Source: the human T2T-CHM13v2.0 reference genome, Homo sapiens. From it: a stretch of 64,000 nt of DNA. Below, piece after piece: positions 14,264 through 28,433 of the stretch. How positions within the stretch are numbered: position 1 is the stretch's first letter; each line of letters starts with the position of its first letter. The stretch lies in the NCBI RefSeq assembly GCF_009914755.1, contig NC_060936.1; one strand, 5' to 3'. The notes under the pieces were generated by a model. It searched no databases, was not told the origin of the DNA, and worked only from the letters and a program-made list of their open reading frames with translations. The position numbers were made by a program, and so were the translations under genes.

Positions 14264-14613
14264 GGCCAGGCATGGTGCCTCACACCTATAATTCCAGCAC
14301 TTTGGTTAAGGTGGGAGGATCACTTGAGGCCAGGAGTTCCAGACCAGCCTGGGCAACATCGCTAGACCCCATCTCTACTAAAAATAATAACAAAAACTTT
14401 GCCAGGTGTGGTGCATGCCTGTGGGCCCAGCTATTCTGGAGGCCAAGGTGGAAAGATCACTTGAACCCAGGAGGTCAAGGCTGCAGCGAACCATAATTGT
14501 GTCACTGCATTCCACCCTGGGTGACAGAGAGACCCTGTCTCAAAAATAAACAGATAAATAAATACAGACAAATTTTAAAAATTTTAAAAATAAATAAATA
14601 TATAAAAATAAAA
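14264..14613 (+). mobile_element. AluJ SINE with degenerate A-rich tail
   Basis: GGAGGATCACTTGAGGCCAGGAG...CCTGGGCAACAT; GGTCAAGGCTGCAG and GAGACCCTGTCTC AluJ diagnostics. Confidence 0.92.
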
Positions 14614-15747
14614 GGTGATTAAAAATGGATAGCACTATTTTCTTTCTTGTCACTGATTTTTCAAATTAAAGAAAAACGCAATCCATCCTTTCTGCTGTGG
14701 CAGGATCACAGACTCTCTGCTGCTGCCTTTCCATCAGTTTAATGTACTGAGGTACTAAACTGGGTAACGATAAGCCCCCATTACTACCACTTTGATTCTT
14801 CTGCATGCTTCTGAAAATTTTTCTCCTTAATTTCACAGTCTAACAACACCATCTAAATTTAGCACTTGGAAATTATTTTCCAGTTTATTTTCTGAAATAC
14901 TTCTAATTTTCTACCCATAATACCTTCATAAAACTATTAATGCACCCCTTTTCTTCTGACATTGTCTCATGATACTTAGTTCTTAAGCTGAATATCTCTG
15001 CTTAATCATTTCATACATGTTTTAGCAAGTATCTATGGAGGGCCTAGGCAATGTGTTATGTATTAGGCTAACAATCAATTTTCCATCTGTACTTCTCTGT
15101 TCTGGTAAACAAAGTGACATGTTTCCTGAAAAGTTTAGAAGAACACCTATTGTAAAATGCAAAAAGTTCTCAGGAAATTAATTTAGTTAAGTCCTTTGCT
15201 TACTTAAGGCGGTAACATTGAGTTAGAGGCCAGGAACTCAGGGTTCTTTTCTGAGTTCCAGACTCCTTCAGATCTCTCTGCTATTTAGTTTTATGGACAA
15301 GTGTGTCATCATATGTGAGTCTCACCTGTCAACTAACAATGTTTAATATTTTTCTTAAAGAGTCTGTCTATTCTTAAGTAAATCTGTTATGTTTTTAAAA
15401 TTAATTATTAGGGGTCATTATTATAATCAGTCATAATGTGTCAGATTCAAAATGAGCTTTTTGATTTAATAATTCACCTAAGCTTCTTCAAGAATCTCTA
15501 ACTTGTTGGAAAGTGACTGTAAAGTGGGGGCGGCTGCAGTGAGGAGTAAAGGGGAGATACATTCTAAACAAGGCCACCAGTGGTACTTTTCTCCCTAAGC
15601 TTTAAAGAGTCTTTTAGACATGACTCATTCTCTTTTTGAGAAACTCTATTTTTTGAATTACTCCTTCTTTCCCCTGTTTTGTTCCAAGATGGTGTCTGAG
15701 TAGGTAGAATGGTTTAAAGAGAAAAAAAATGTAAAGGACATGAATTT

Positions 15748-16655
15748 GTTCCTTGAGAAATCTCCAAACTGCTGTACACGTGGCTGGAGTAATTTACATT
15801 CCCACTAACAGTCTATAAGTGTTCCCTTTTCTCTTCAGCCTCGCCAACATCTGTTGTTTTTTGACTTTTTAACAAAAGGCATTCTGACTGGTGTGAAATG
15901 GTATCGCTTGTGGTTTGGATTTACATTTCTTTGATGATTAGTGATGATGAACATTTTTCTATATGTTTCTTGGCCACTTGTATGTCTTCTTAAGAAGTGT
16001 CTGTTCATGTCTTTTGCCCACTTTCAATGGGGTTATTTGTTTTTAACTTGAGTTGTTTAAATTCCTTGTAGATTCTGGATATTAGACCTCTGTCAGTTAC
16101 ATAGTCTGCAAATACTTTCTTCCATTTTGTAGGTTGTCTATTTACTTCCTTGATAGTTTCTCTTGCTGTGCAGAAGCTCTTTATTTTAATTAGGTTTCAC
16201 TTATCAATTTTTCTTTTCATTGCAATTGCTTTTGAGGATTTAGCCACAAATTATTTGCCAAGGCTAACATCAGGAAGGATATTTTCTAGGTTTTCTTCTA
16301 GACTTTTTATAATTTGAGCAACATGAATGTAGCTGGAGGCTATTATACTAAGCTAACTACTGCAGACACAGAAAACAAAATACCACATATTCTCACTTAT
16401 AAATGGGAGCTAAACTTTGGGTACATGTGGACATAAACATGGCAAGAACACACACTGAAGACTAATAGAGAGGAGAGGGAGGGAAGGGGAGTGAGGGCTG
16501 TAAAACTACCTAGTGGGTACTATGCCCAGTACCTGGGTGATAAGTTCGTTTATACCCCAAACCTCCATATCATGCAATATACCTTTCTAACAAAGCTGCA
16601 CATCTACCCCGATTCTAAAATAAAAGTTGAAAGAGAACAAAAAAGGAGAAAAAAT
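15748..16655 (+). mobile_element. 5'-inverted L1PB element (antisense ORF2 piece 15748-16318, sense 3' end 16317-16655)
   Basis: Antisense L1 ORF2 sequence joined to an L1PB-type 3'UTR (AAAACTACCTA.TGGGTACTATG..CA.TACCTGGGTGA; CTAAAATAAAAGTTGAAA) and an A-rich tail. Confidence 0.85.
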
Positions 16656-16665
16656 AAATCAGCTC

Positions 16666-17548
<883 letters not shown>

Positions 17549-19309
17549 TGATCACCACTGAGGCACAACTGTTTCTATCTGGCCTTTCTGGGCATCATGC
17601 TAGATCTTATCACCAGGGTCTGTGGTCTCCACTGTTTATCTCTGGCACAAAGTCCCTGCACTGTTGACTTTGTGTACTAATCCGCTGGCCATCTGAAGAC
17701 CTCTCTTTTATCTTACTGGAGTATGACACATCCATGCTACATGCAGACCAAGGGAATCCAGGAGTTATGCTATATGCTCATATATCTAAACATCCCTCTT
17801 GGCTGTGCTGGGACATCATTGCCCAGGTTGAGGGGTTATTTGTTTTTTGTTATTTGCAGAAAACTGCCATCGTGGCAGTTTTCTCCATAGTTTCCAAGTG
17901 GAAAGCTAAGCAGATGGTCTTTTAGCTTGAGGTTTCCTGTGAATTTCTCTGTCTTAGTGAGGATACAGCAGAGTTCTAATTGTCTGCATCCTATGTCACT
18001 GCTTTACTTCTCATTCTCGCAATGCTCTAAAGCTTAAAGAAATGTGCCTATTACATCGACCTTTATTTTTATCATACTATGGATTCCTTCCATCTCTAAT
18101 TTATAGATAGTAAAATCTATGATATGGTGGGCAAGCTTGAATGTCAATATGTTAAAGGCAGTTAAGTTAATTTCTAATGGGCTTTCTTCCCAACATAGCC
18201 TGATTTTCAAAATCAGTGCTTTGATAGGGGCTGAGGAATTTTTACTTCAGAGGCCAAAACAAGAATTTGATTACCTATTTCCCTTTGCATTCATGCTGTG
18301 CAATTCTCATCCTTCACGAAATAAATAGATGCCTCCATAATATTATTAATGGAGATAGTCAAATACAAGAAAATTAAAAGAGAAAAACTCTCAATTAGTT
18401 TTTCCATTCCACCCAAAATGTAGAGTTTTATTTTTCAGTATGTGTATAGGCTAATTATTTCAAAATAAGGTAGAGATTATGTAACTGTGAGAAGCAGTGA
18501 TGATGGCTATTATTTAAAATGCTTCCATATCCTTAAAATGTGTATTAGTGATTATGCTTGTTATTAATCTTAAATTAAATAACATGCTTCAGTTTTAAAT
18601 TAGAAAATTCAAAAGGGTTTATTAAATTCAGGCTCTACATATGGTATTTATTACACCAAAGTGGTGATAGACATATTTCATAAGGTCCTTGATTAAATTG
18701 GATTTGCAAAATGATGGTGCTAGTGCAGACCATAAGAAATCACTTAGTGCATTCCACTGAATCCCTGAAGTACCATTTATAAACATGCTCAAAAAGATTG
18801 CCTTCAATCCTTTAGATATCACTATCATGTCTTTAGTGTTAGGAGGCTATTTCTAAGCAAATGGAAACTTTTTCTTTTCTATCACTTGTATATCTCCTGT
18901 AAGATATGCTTTGATCTATGCTTCTCCTTTACATTTTCTTCTTCTGTAGAAGTTCATTTTTTTGTGGAAGTATTTGAGTGAAATATGTCTAATTTTACAG
19001 AAAGACTATATGACAACAATCATAATGATTCAATCTTGATAACATTTAATGGTCCTTTAATTGACAGCCATTACTTGAGTTACTTTGGTAGTAGAAGCAA
19101 AACAAAGCAGAATTATTGACCAGTCTCAGAGTGGTCCTGACTTTCTGCTCTACATAGTCTCCATAAATGACACTGCACACAACTATGGCTCTTATTATTA
19201 ACAATCATGTTCCCATTTATACCTGTTTTTTTCCTCTTGACCTTTGGACCAATATTTAACTATCTATAAAACCTCTCTATTTGTCTGACATCTAATTTGA
19301 TATGTCTCA

Positions 19310-19870
19310 ATCAGCACTATTTCCCCCCTCCTTTTAACTCTCACATTTGCTTCTTTATCTTGTTTTTGATGTCTTCTTAATGGTTACTATACTGCTAGCC
19401 ATTCTAAGTAGGAAACTCAGTTATCCTTGTGGTAGCCCTGATGAATACATGCTCAGACACATGAGAAAGTCCAGCCAGTATCAGCAAAACTGACTCACAG
19501 CCAGCCTGCCAGGTGAATGCAAATATACACACAAAGCCATCTTAGAGCTGCCATTTCCCAAGGACTGTGTGGATCTGAGAGCAAAATAAATACTTCTTGG
19601 TGGCATTCCCTAAGAGCTGGGTGTTTGCAATGTAACTAATACAACCATTTTGCCTTTCTCTCTCCTTTACTGTCTCTATCTAATAAGTTACTGAGTCCTC
19701 CACATTTAACACCCACTGGGAATTTGAATCCATACCTTTTTCTCTATTCCTATTATTACTACTTAAATTCAGTGCCTCATATACTTTTTCATCCTAAGCT
19801 ATTGCTAGATAAAAATTACTGATAACCTCTGCTTGTGTTGTTTCCCACTCTACTGAATTCTCTACATGAA
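19310..19870 (+). mobile_element. Degenerate L2 fragment with an embedded old MLT1 LTR piece (about 19428-19643)
   Basis: L2-like GAAACTCAGTTATCCTT/TTTCTCTC..TTAC; MLT1-like CATGAGAAAGTCCAGCCA..ATCAGCA...TAACTAATACA. Confidence 0.4.
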
Positions 19871-19877
19871 TCAAAGT

Positions 19878-20075
19878 GGCAGTATAATGTAGTGGTTAAG
19901 GGTTCAAATTCTGGGTTTGAATCCCTGCTCTGCTACTTAGCAGCTCTGTAATTTGGAGGAAGTCACTAATCCCACTTGTCTCAGTTTTTTTTTTAATCTG
20001 TAAAATTGGTATAATTATGGTACCTGCCCCATAGAGCACTCAGAATATATTTTCTTAATTAGAACACTATCTGGC
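19878..20075 (+). mobile_element. MIR
   Basis: GGCAGTATAATGTAGTGGTTAAG...CTGGGTTTGAATCCC.GCTCTGCTACTTA...CTCAGTTT...ATCTGTAAAAT. Confidence 0.85.
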
Positions 20076-20123
20076 AAATAATTCATATTTATTTGCACAG
20101 CATAATTATTAAAAATACATTGA

Positions 20124-20522
<399 letters not shown>

Positions 20523-21733
20523 AAAATACCATTCTTGAGGTAAATAGAGTTATAATGCTGAACTATTCACTTCTGGTTGGTGTTACAAGAGCAACAAATT
20601 AGATTCAACTGCTGCTACTGAAAAGAAGAGTTCCTACACAAGTAAAAAAGGAAGCATGCCAGGATTGAAAGAAAGCAAGAATGAGCAAGTCCATTCTTTC
20701 TCTACTAGTTCCACATTTTCCCTCTAGTACACCTTAAGGGGGAACCAGCTTTTCCAGGAGGAGGAAGGTATTTTGCAGTCTAGGAGCTTGTGTCACAAAG
20801 CAGAGTATAGAGTGATTGATTTAGAGTGGAGATACAGTAGATTAATAATTTTCACAGAATATAAAGAACACACTCCAAATATGATAGACTTTAATCAGAA
20901 ACATAAAATTGACAAGAAGATATATAAAACATTAGTTAAGAATTCTAAACATGCTAAAAGATAAATATTAAGAGATTGACAGACGTCTCAAAAGGTTTTG
21001 AAAATATTGGTATGCTTTATGAGATCCTTTATTCATTGATGAATCTTGTATATATTCCATATCAGTGTCTGAAATTGAATATTCTCGTTAAAGCACTTGC
21101 AACTATTTTCAGTAAATCAGTGACTAGAATTTCAGAAAATTGGTGATGCAACAAAACAAGTTCCAGGAAATTGATTTTCCTCAATTGACCTATGTTTGCC
21201 ATCATCATCTTTTATCATCATTATTATTATTATTAACTACACACAGTGGTCCAAATGCATTGGGATAAAATACATACATGTAATGTCAGTTTCTCCAGTC
21301 TTCAATATACATCCCTCTGTGACTAACTTCATGCTTTTGGCTTTACTGCAAGTGACAGCGTAACCTTTTTAGTAAATAGTAACATCCAAAAAATTTCAGT
21401 TCACGTCACTTTCTCTCTGAAGTTTCCCTGAAACCCTTTGGGAGAGTTAATTAGTTCCTCTTCTGAATTCCCATTCTGCACATGTTATTATGATTGCACT
21501 TATAACATATTACTAGAGTTTTGTGGTTTTTAAGGAATTTTTTCCTTTTAAAATTGCTAGATTCTTAAAAGCAATAATGTTTTACTTTCTTTCCTATTTA
21601 TAGGCAAAAGTACAACATCTAGAACATAGAAGCTCAATACATTTTTGTTGAAAAAAAGACTGGTATAATCTAAAGCTGTCTTCAAAGTTAAGAAACTAGT
21701 TTTCATAATATGATGTGCATCATCAATCTAACA

Positions 21734-21940
21734 CAGGGGTTCTCCAACTATGACCCCTACAGGGACCAAATTCAGCTGCCTCCTGTTTTTGTCAATAAAG
21801 TTTTGTTGAAACACAGCACCCTCATTCATTTATGTATTGTCCATGGCAGTTTTCAAGCTAAAATGGCCAAATTTTATAGTTGCTACAGAGATTATAGGGC
21901 ACAGAAAGCCTAAAATATTTATTAAAATTTTGCTTCCTGG
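21734..21940 (+). mobile_element. MER58A hAT DNA transposon
   Basis: CAGGGGT..CAACTA...CCTGTTTTTGT.AATAAAGTTTT.TTG.AACACAGC...AAAGCCTAAAATATTTA. Confidence 0.85.
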
Positions 21941-22049
21941 ATTCAAATGATTACAGTGATATCATTAGTATCAACTCCCCCCACACACCCCCAAATGCTG
22001 GAATTTGCTGGAGAATAGTAATTCAGAGAAATCAGGATGGAGTTCTTGA

Positions 22050-22404
<355 letters not shown>

Positions 22405-22591
22405 CATAGGCATTTTTAAACTTAACTAACTTAACTAGCTCCACTTATGTTTTCCTTTCCACATACTTTTCCACCCATAAGGAAGTGCTTTCATCTTTAT
22501 TTTATATGTAATTATTATGACATAGTTCTCCAGAATATAGAAAATGTGGTCCCTTTTTTATTATTTAAATCAGAACTAATTAAATACTCCT

Positions 22592-22970
22592 TGTATTAGT
22601 TCATTCTCATGCTGCCCCCCAGTAAAGACATACCCGAGACTGGGTAACTTATAAAGGAAAGAGGTTTATTTGATTCACAGTTCAGCATGACTGGGGAGGC
22701 CTCAAGAAACTTACAATCATGGTCAAAGTGGAAGCAAACATGCCCTTCTTCACATGGTAGCAGTAGGGAGAAGACTAAGCAAAAGGGAGAAAAGCCCCTA
22801 TAAAATCGTCAGATCTGAAGAGAACTCACTTATTATCATGAGAAGAGCTGCGTGGGGGTAATCGCCCCATGATTAAATTACCCCCACCAGGTCTCTCTCA
22901 GGACACATGGGGATTATGGGAACTGCACTTTAAGATGTGATTTGGGTGGGGACACAGCCAAACCATATCA
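22592..22970 (-). mobile_element. THE1 (THE1D-like) solo LTR
   Basis: TGTATTAGT...GACACAGCCAAACCATATCA; 5-bp TSD CTCCT/CTCCC. Confidence 0.92.
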
Positions 22971-23419
22971 CTCCCTTTTCCTCTCCTCTGGTGGGTCAGA
23001 ACCTCTATAATAATCACAAATCTCCAGGATGCTTACTCACATAATTACATTCTCATCACTCAGCCCCACAAATGGAGCTAGAGCTCACCTGGAAGCTACA
23101 GGGTGCCACAAGCATTGCTGGAAATTAGTTGCCCCAGAATGAGCCACCACCCTGTTGTGTTCCTAAAATGATGTAAGCAGTAGTTATCTGATCAATTCAA
23201 CGTGATTCTGTACTCACTATTTTCATAATTGTTATTATGAAGTATGAATACACTTCATACACTGAAGTATGAAGCTCATGGACATAACCTGAGAATTAGC
23301 CCTGCTTATAAGTCACATCTTGTCTCTTTCCACATAATTGTGTTAAACTTCCTTATGATGAGGTCTTCTCATTTGAGTTGTATGATATCTAAACACTCCA
23401 GTACTGGTTAGGTACAAAA

Positions 23420-23985
23420 TATTTGTACTAGACAAGATTCTCTAGAGAAATACAACTAATACAATATAGATAGATGATAGATTGATTGATTGATACATAC
23501 ATGCATACATACATACATATACACATAAACATATACAAGAGAAGATTTATTGTAAGAATAGGTTTATACAATTATGGAGGCCACGAAATCCCAGTATATG
23601 CTTTCTGAAAGCTGGAGAATCACAAAAGATAGTAGTGTAATTCAGTTCCAGTCCAAAGATCTAAGAACCAGGAGAGCCAATGGTGTAAGGGAGTCCCAAG
23701 GCCCCAGATCTCCCTGATATCTAAAAACAGAAGACAAATGTCCCAACTCAAATAGAGAGAGGGGGAGTTTGCCCTTCTTCTGCATTTTTATTCTATTCAG
23801 GCTCTCAACAGACTGGATGATGCCTGCCCACATTGATGAGGGCGGCTCTTCTTTACAAAGCCTACTAATTCCAATGCTAATCTCTTCCGGAAACACCTTC
23901 ACATACATGCCCAGAAATAGTATTTTACCAGCTATCTGGGCATCCCTTAGCCTAGTCAAATTCACACATAAAATTAACCATCGTG
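23420..23985 (-). mobile_element. MLT2 (ERVL) solo LTR with internal TAGA/TACA microsatellite
   Basis: TTCTCTAGAGAAA...ATTATGGAGGC...GATGATGCCTGCCCACATTG...GTCAAATTCACACATAAAATTAACCATC. Confidence 0.88.
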
Positions 23986-26900
23986 GTGTTAGTCCTGGCT
24001 CCAAGTATTTTACAGAGAAAGCATTGGAGAACCTGCTGTTGCCATCAAATGGAACCCAGGTTAATGCTGTTTCATGCACTACTTAAATGATCACCTTTTG
24101 CCATTATGTTGGTCAGGGCATATACTTTAACTCTGGGCAGTGAAGGAAGAGATGTCCTTTCCTCCACCAACTCTACTCCAGGCAACACAGACTTGGATTC
24201 ACGGACCCTTGGCTCTTTATAGCCTTTTCCCTCAGCAAATTCACGATACTATGATGGCCGTATCAGTAAAGGTGTTCAGATTTGGTCATGTTTGATTGTT
24301 ATTTCTCAGCTCTTGTAACAGGGTAGTCTTCATTGCTTATAAATCTAGCCCCATACTTCCCCAGTTAACTTATCTTTTGGGGTATTTTTGGTTCCATTTT
24401 CTGTCAGAACCCATCTCAATCCATCCAGAAATATTCTAGTAACCCTATCTCCCAAGACAATATTGTTTAAATCCTTCTTCATCCCTTTTGCAGTTGCTTA
24501 ATGTCTTCTTGACAGCTTTAGTGTCTTGCATACCATGTGGTAAAAGATGGGACACTCTCAATGTTAAGCCAAAATACTGTTTTATTATAATCTTCCCTGG
24601 GACAAGGGTGTTAATTTTATATAATGGAACCAATGGAATAAATAATTCCTTCCCAAAAAACAAAGATAAACTGTTCTGAATTAACTAGTTCTCTTGGTAT
24701 CTTGGCACAGGAGGAGTTACACATTTAAATGTAACAGAAAAAAGTACAAAAATATAACAACAACTACAAATATATATATATATATATGTATATACACACA
24801 CATATATATACTCTGCCATTTCAGAAACATTATTATATAAAGAAACTAAATTCAGAAAAAAAAGACATTTTTCAGAGGTTACATAAAATGTGCCTCTATA
24901 TACAGACCTATTTAAAATTAACTAACTGCATTTGGACAAATGTTTAGAAACTGGTTTGGAGCAGCAAATTGCTCAAATCTAACAGTGCTACGAGCTTTGG
25001 CTTATTTTAGTCACCTGATCTTTGAGGTTCTTTTTCAATATCTTCCTTTATCTTGGATTTGTTGAATTATTCCTACAGGAAGTCCTGGATACAGCTTGCT
25101 ATTGTAAAAAACCTGAATATTTTTTAGAAAAACCTAATTTTTATTGAAAAATGTTAGTTGAAAAATGACCTAAATTATTTGGAATTTTGAACTGCCTACG
25201 TGCCCACACTGTTACTTGGTTTGTAAATAGAATCAGAGAGAATTGTTCGGGAATTAAGAAAGAAAAACCCAAAAAGAAGTTTGCATGCCCTTTCTGGTGT
25301 ATTCCGCTGGCAGAAATTGTTTGGGGGAGTAAAGAGCTGCTGCTGCCTAGAAACGAATTAAAATTGCACTGTGAAAAGGACCCAGATTTCATGTTTTCCA
25401 ATACATGTTTTCCCCAACTCTATCTCTTTAGGAAAGAAGCACTTTGTATTGTCCAAGGAAGTCCCCTTATAAAAACCCAGCTAGAAATCCTTCAGTATGC
25501 ACTAGCCTCTTTTTCCAAGATCCTGGGCAGTTGTAACAGGTGTGAACCTTGTGTGTTACGATTAGTCTTCTCTGTCTTTTTCATATTTTGACATGCATTT
25601 TTTGTAGTCATAGAGGCATGAGAAATAGGCCATCTATTTATCTGATGTTTGACGAGTCACATAATCTTTTTGGATTTCAGTTTCCTTATTAATTGAATAA
25701 AGGTGTTTGGTGGCCAATAATTATTTGTGGCATTGATGGCCCAATAAAATGATATTATTCTATGAGAATTAAAAGGTTTTGGAACTTCTTACTCATCACT
25801 GAAGGTAGTAAACATGAAGGCTACTTAAAACGTGTATCAGAAATGATAAATTCTGGAGAATTTAGCCTCACCATTGCTTTGGAGAAACGTCATAATGACA
25901 CAGGTAAAATGCAGATCATCACTTGACAAGAAAGCAAATTTGAACAGATGCTGTATAAATATCATCAAGATCTCAGGGGATAAAACAGAGAAAACCTGTG
26001 AAGCAAACAAAGTTGTATAGCCCAAAACTGGAAAAAAAAAAGATAGACAAAAGAATACATAATATAGTAATGTTAAGGAAAACTAATGGAGAATATGTTC
26101 ATGATACAGGAAGCATCATGTAATTATTACATAAAATGACAAATATATTATCTTAGTTCAGGGACAAGTAGTCTCTAGGTTGTCTGGGTCCTGGTCTGTA
26201 TTACTACTTTATCACTAAATATTTCCCCCACTCTGATCTCTGCTCTGCATCTCACTTTGACTTTCACATGATAGAAAGGAATGGACTGTTTTTGAATTTT
26301 TTCCATGTGTCATGAATTGTATGTGATGTTTTATATATATTATTTTATCAAGTTATCAGACCAATAGTATACACTGCAGATTCAGACTATTTTCATTTTA
26401 TAGAAAAGGAAATCTGATTCTTGCTAAAAAGAGACACAAAGAAAGTCATACTACTAATAAATCAGGTTAAAAATATGAAACTAACTTTGATCTCTAAATC
26501 TATGTACCCTTCTTAATAACTTTCATAAAAATGGAGATAGTTAAACTGGGTTCAGGTTAAGTTGCATTTTCTAGATTAGTGAAATATAATGTTCAATTAT
26601 GAGATCCAATGTTTTCACATTTTAATATAAATTATGCTCTGTCTTAATTGATGACAGTCATTGTTAGGGATAATTTTTAATTCTCTAATGGTACATGAAG
26701 CAATGTTTTTAAAAAAATCAATGGTGTTTTAGATTTTTCGTAGTGTGGTAACATTTACTTCATTAGAAGTGAATTCAAATGAAATAGGTAGCATTAATTT
26801 CTTACAATTGGCAAAATGTGAAAAGTTAAGACACTTGCTTCTGTGTTCACAGAAAAATAAGAAGTAAAAAATCTCTGTCACCTCTTCTCCATTGTCTGAT

Positions 26901-28136
26901 ATTTATCACCAACATCAATATTCTTACACAAATGGGCTGATTGACCAAAGAAAAATAAGGGAGTCTTGAGTCAAATTATTTAAGTGTAAGCTTCATATTA
27001 AATGATGACTCTTAATCAAACTGTTTTGGTTGTAGGTAAGGCAAAAATATTAAGGAAATCTTTTAAGCTGTGCCTGTGGAACTTCACAATAGTAATGGTT
27101 ACAATAAATAAAAGGTGAAATTATGTACATACAATTATAATTTTATTTAATAAATTATACCATTTTTGCTCATATATAGAGACTGCATTTCAATTTAGTT
27201 CACTATTGGCTGTGGTTAATCCTACATGTCAACTGAATTATCTGTATTGCCTAACTCTGTGGGATCTGTTGTGGCACTCCATAAATGTTATGTTGAATAA
27301 AAGAATTTTCAAAGACTCACTTTTCCCCCTAAGTCGAGAAATGCATAGAAGCATACAATAGACTTAGCCTAAACACCACTAACTTTATAGCAATGAAGAA
27401 AAAAAATTAAAAGCCACTGTAATGTGTTGAGTAGTTTCTATGTGGACAATATTATATGAAAATTTTACACCCTAGTCAACAATCCCGGCAGTAATGATCT
27501 CCATTTGACAGAGGGCAAACTGAAACTTGGAGAGTTAATATAACTTGCAAAGATTCCTCCAACTCTCCTCCACCTAGCAATGATTTATTGAACACCTCTG
27601 AAGAGCCAGGCACTGTTGTGAACACTTATCTGATGGTGAAACAAATGTAAGGAGCATACGTTGCATGTGTCTTACAGGTAGAAGACGAGCCAGATATATC
27701 ACACAGCACTGTGTTTCAAGTCTGAGTATTGAAATAATTTCCATAATTTATTTGATCATAATTACCTCACTAACACCAGTCTAAAAAGTTGTTTTGGTTG
27801 TACCTAAAAGAAATATGATCAAGATCCTAAGAGCACTGCCACTTCTGATGTGCCTTGGTAGATATATACAAATAAATACTCTAGTTTGGTTAAGGCAAAT
27901 GTATACTCACTGTAACTATTTAAGGTTTTGGGTCCAAGTGCTTGTCTTGTCACCTCTTCAGCAAATCTCCATTTGGCCTGCACCTTTTGCCAGAGTTCAT
28001 CTTTCTTTTAGGGTAAAGTGAGTAGAGAAGAAGCCTGAACTCCCTCAGAGTATGAGGCCTACAAAGAAGGCCTGTGTGGACAGGCTGTTGTTGTCTACTG
28101 TTAACCCAGTAGGCTTAAAAGTCAAGTGTTAGTCAT

Positions 28137-28425
28137 GGCTGGGGGCGGTGGCTCACGCCTGCAATCCCAGCACTTTAGGAGGCCAAGGTAGGCGGATCTC
28201 CTGAGGTCAGGAGCTCAAAACCAGCCTGGCCAACATGGAGAAACCCCGTCTCTACTAAAAATACAAAAATTAGCTGGGTGCGGTGGTGCGTGTCTGTAAT
28301 CCCAGCTACTTGGGAGGCTGAGGCAGGAGAATTGCTTGAACCTAGGAGTCAGAGGTTGCAGTGAGCTGATACTGCCATTGCACTCCAGCCTGGGCAACAC
28401 AGCCAGACTTTGTCTCTCAAAAAAG
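28137..28425 (+). mobile_element. AluS SINE
   Basis: Full dimer; 20-bp TSD AAAAGTCA(A/G)GTGTTAGTCAT at 28117-28136/28426-28445; TT/AAAA site. Confidence 0.96.
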
Positions 28426-28433
28426 AAAAGTCA

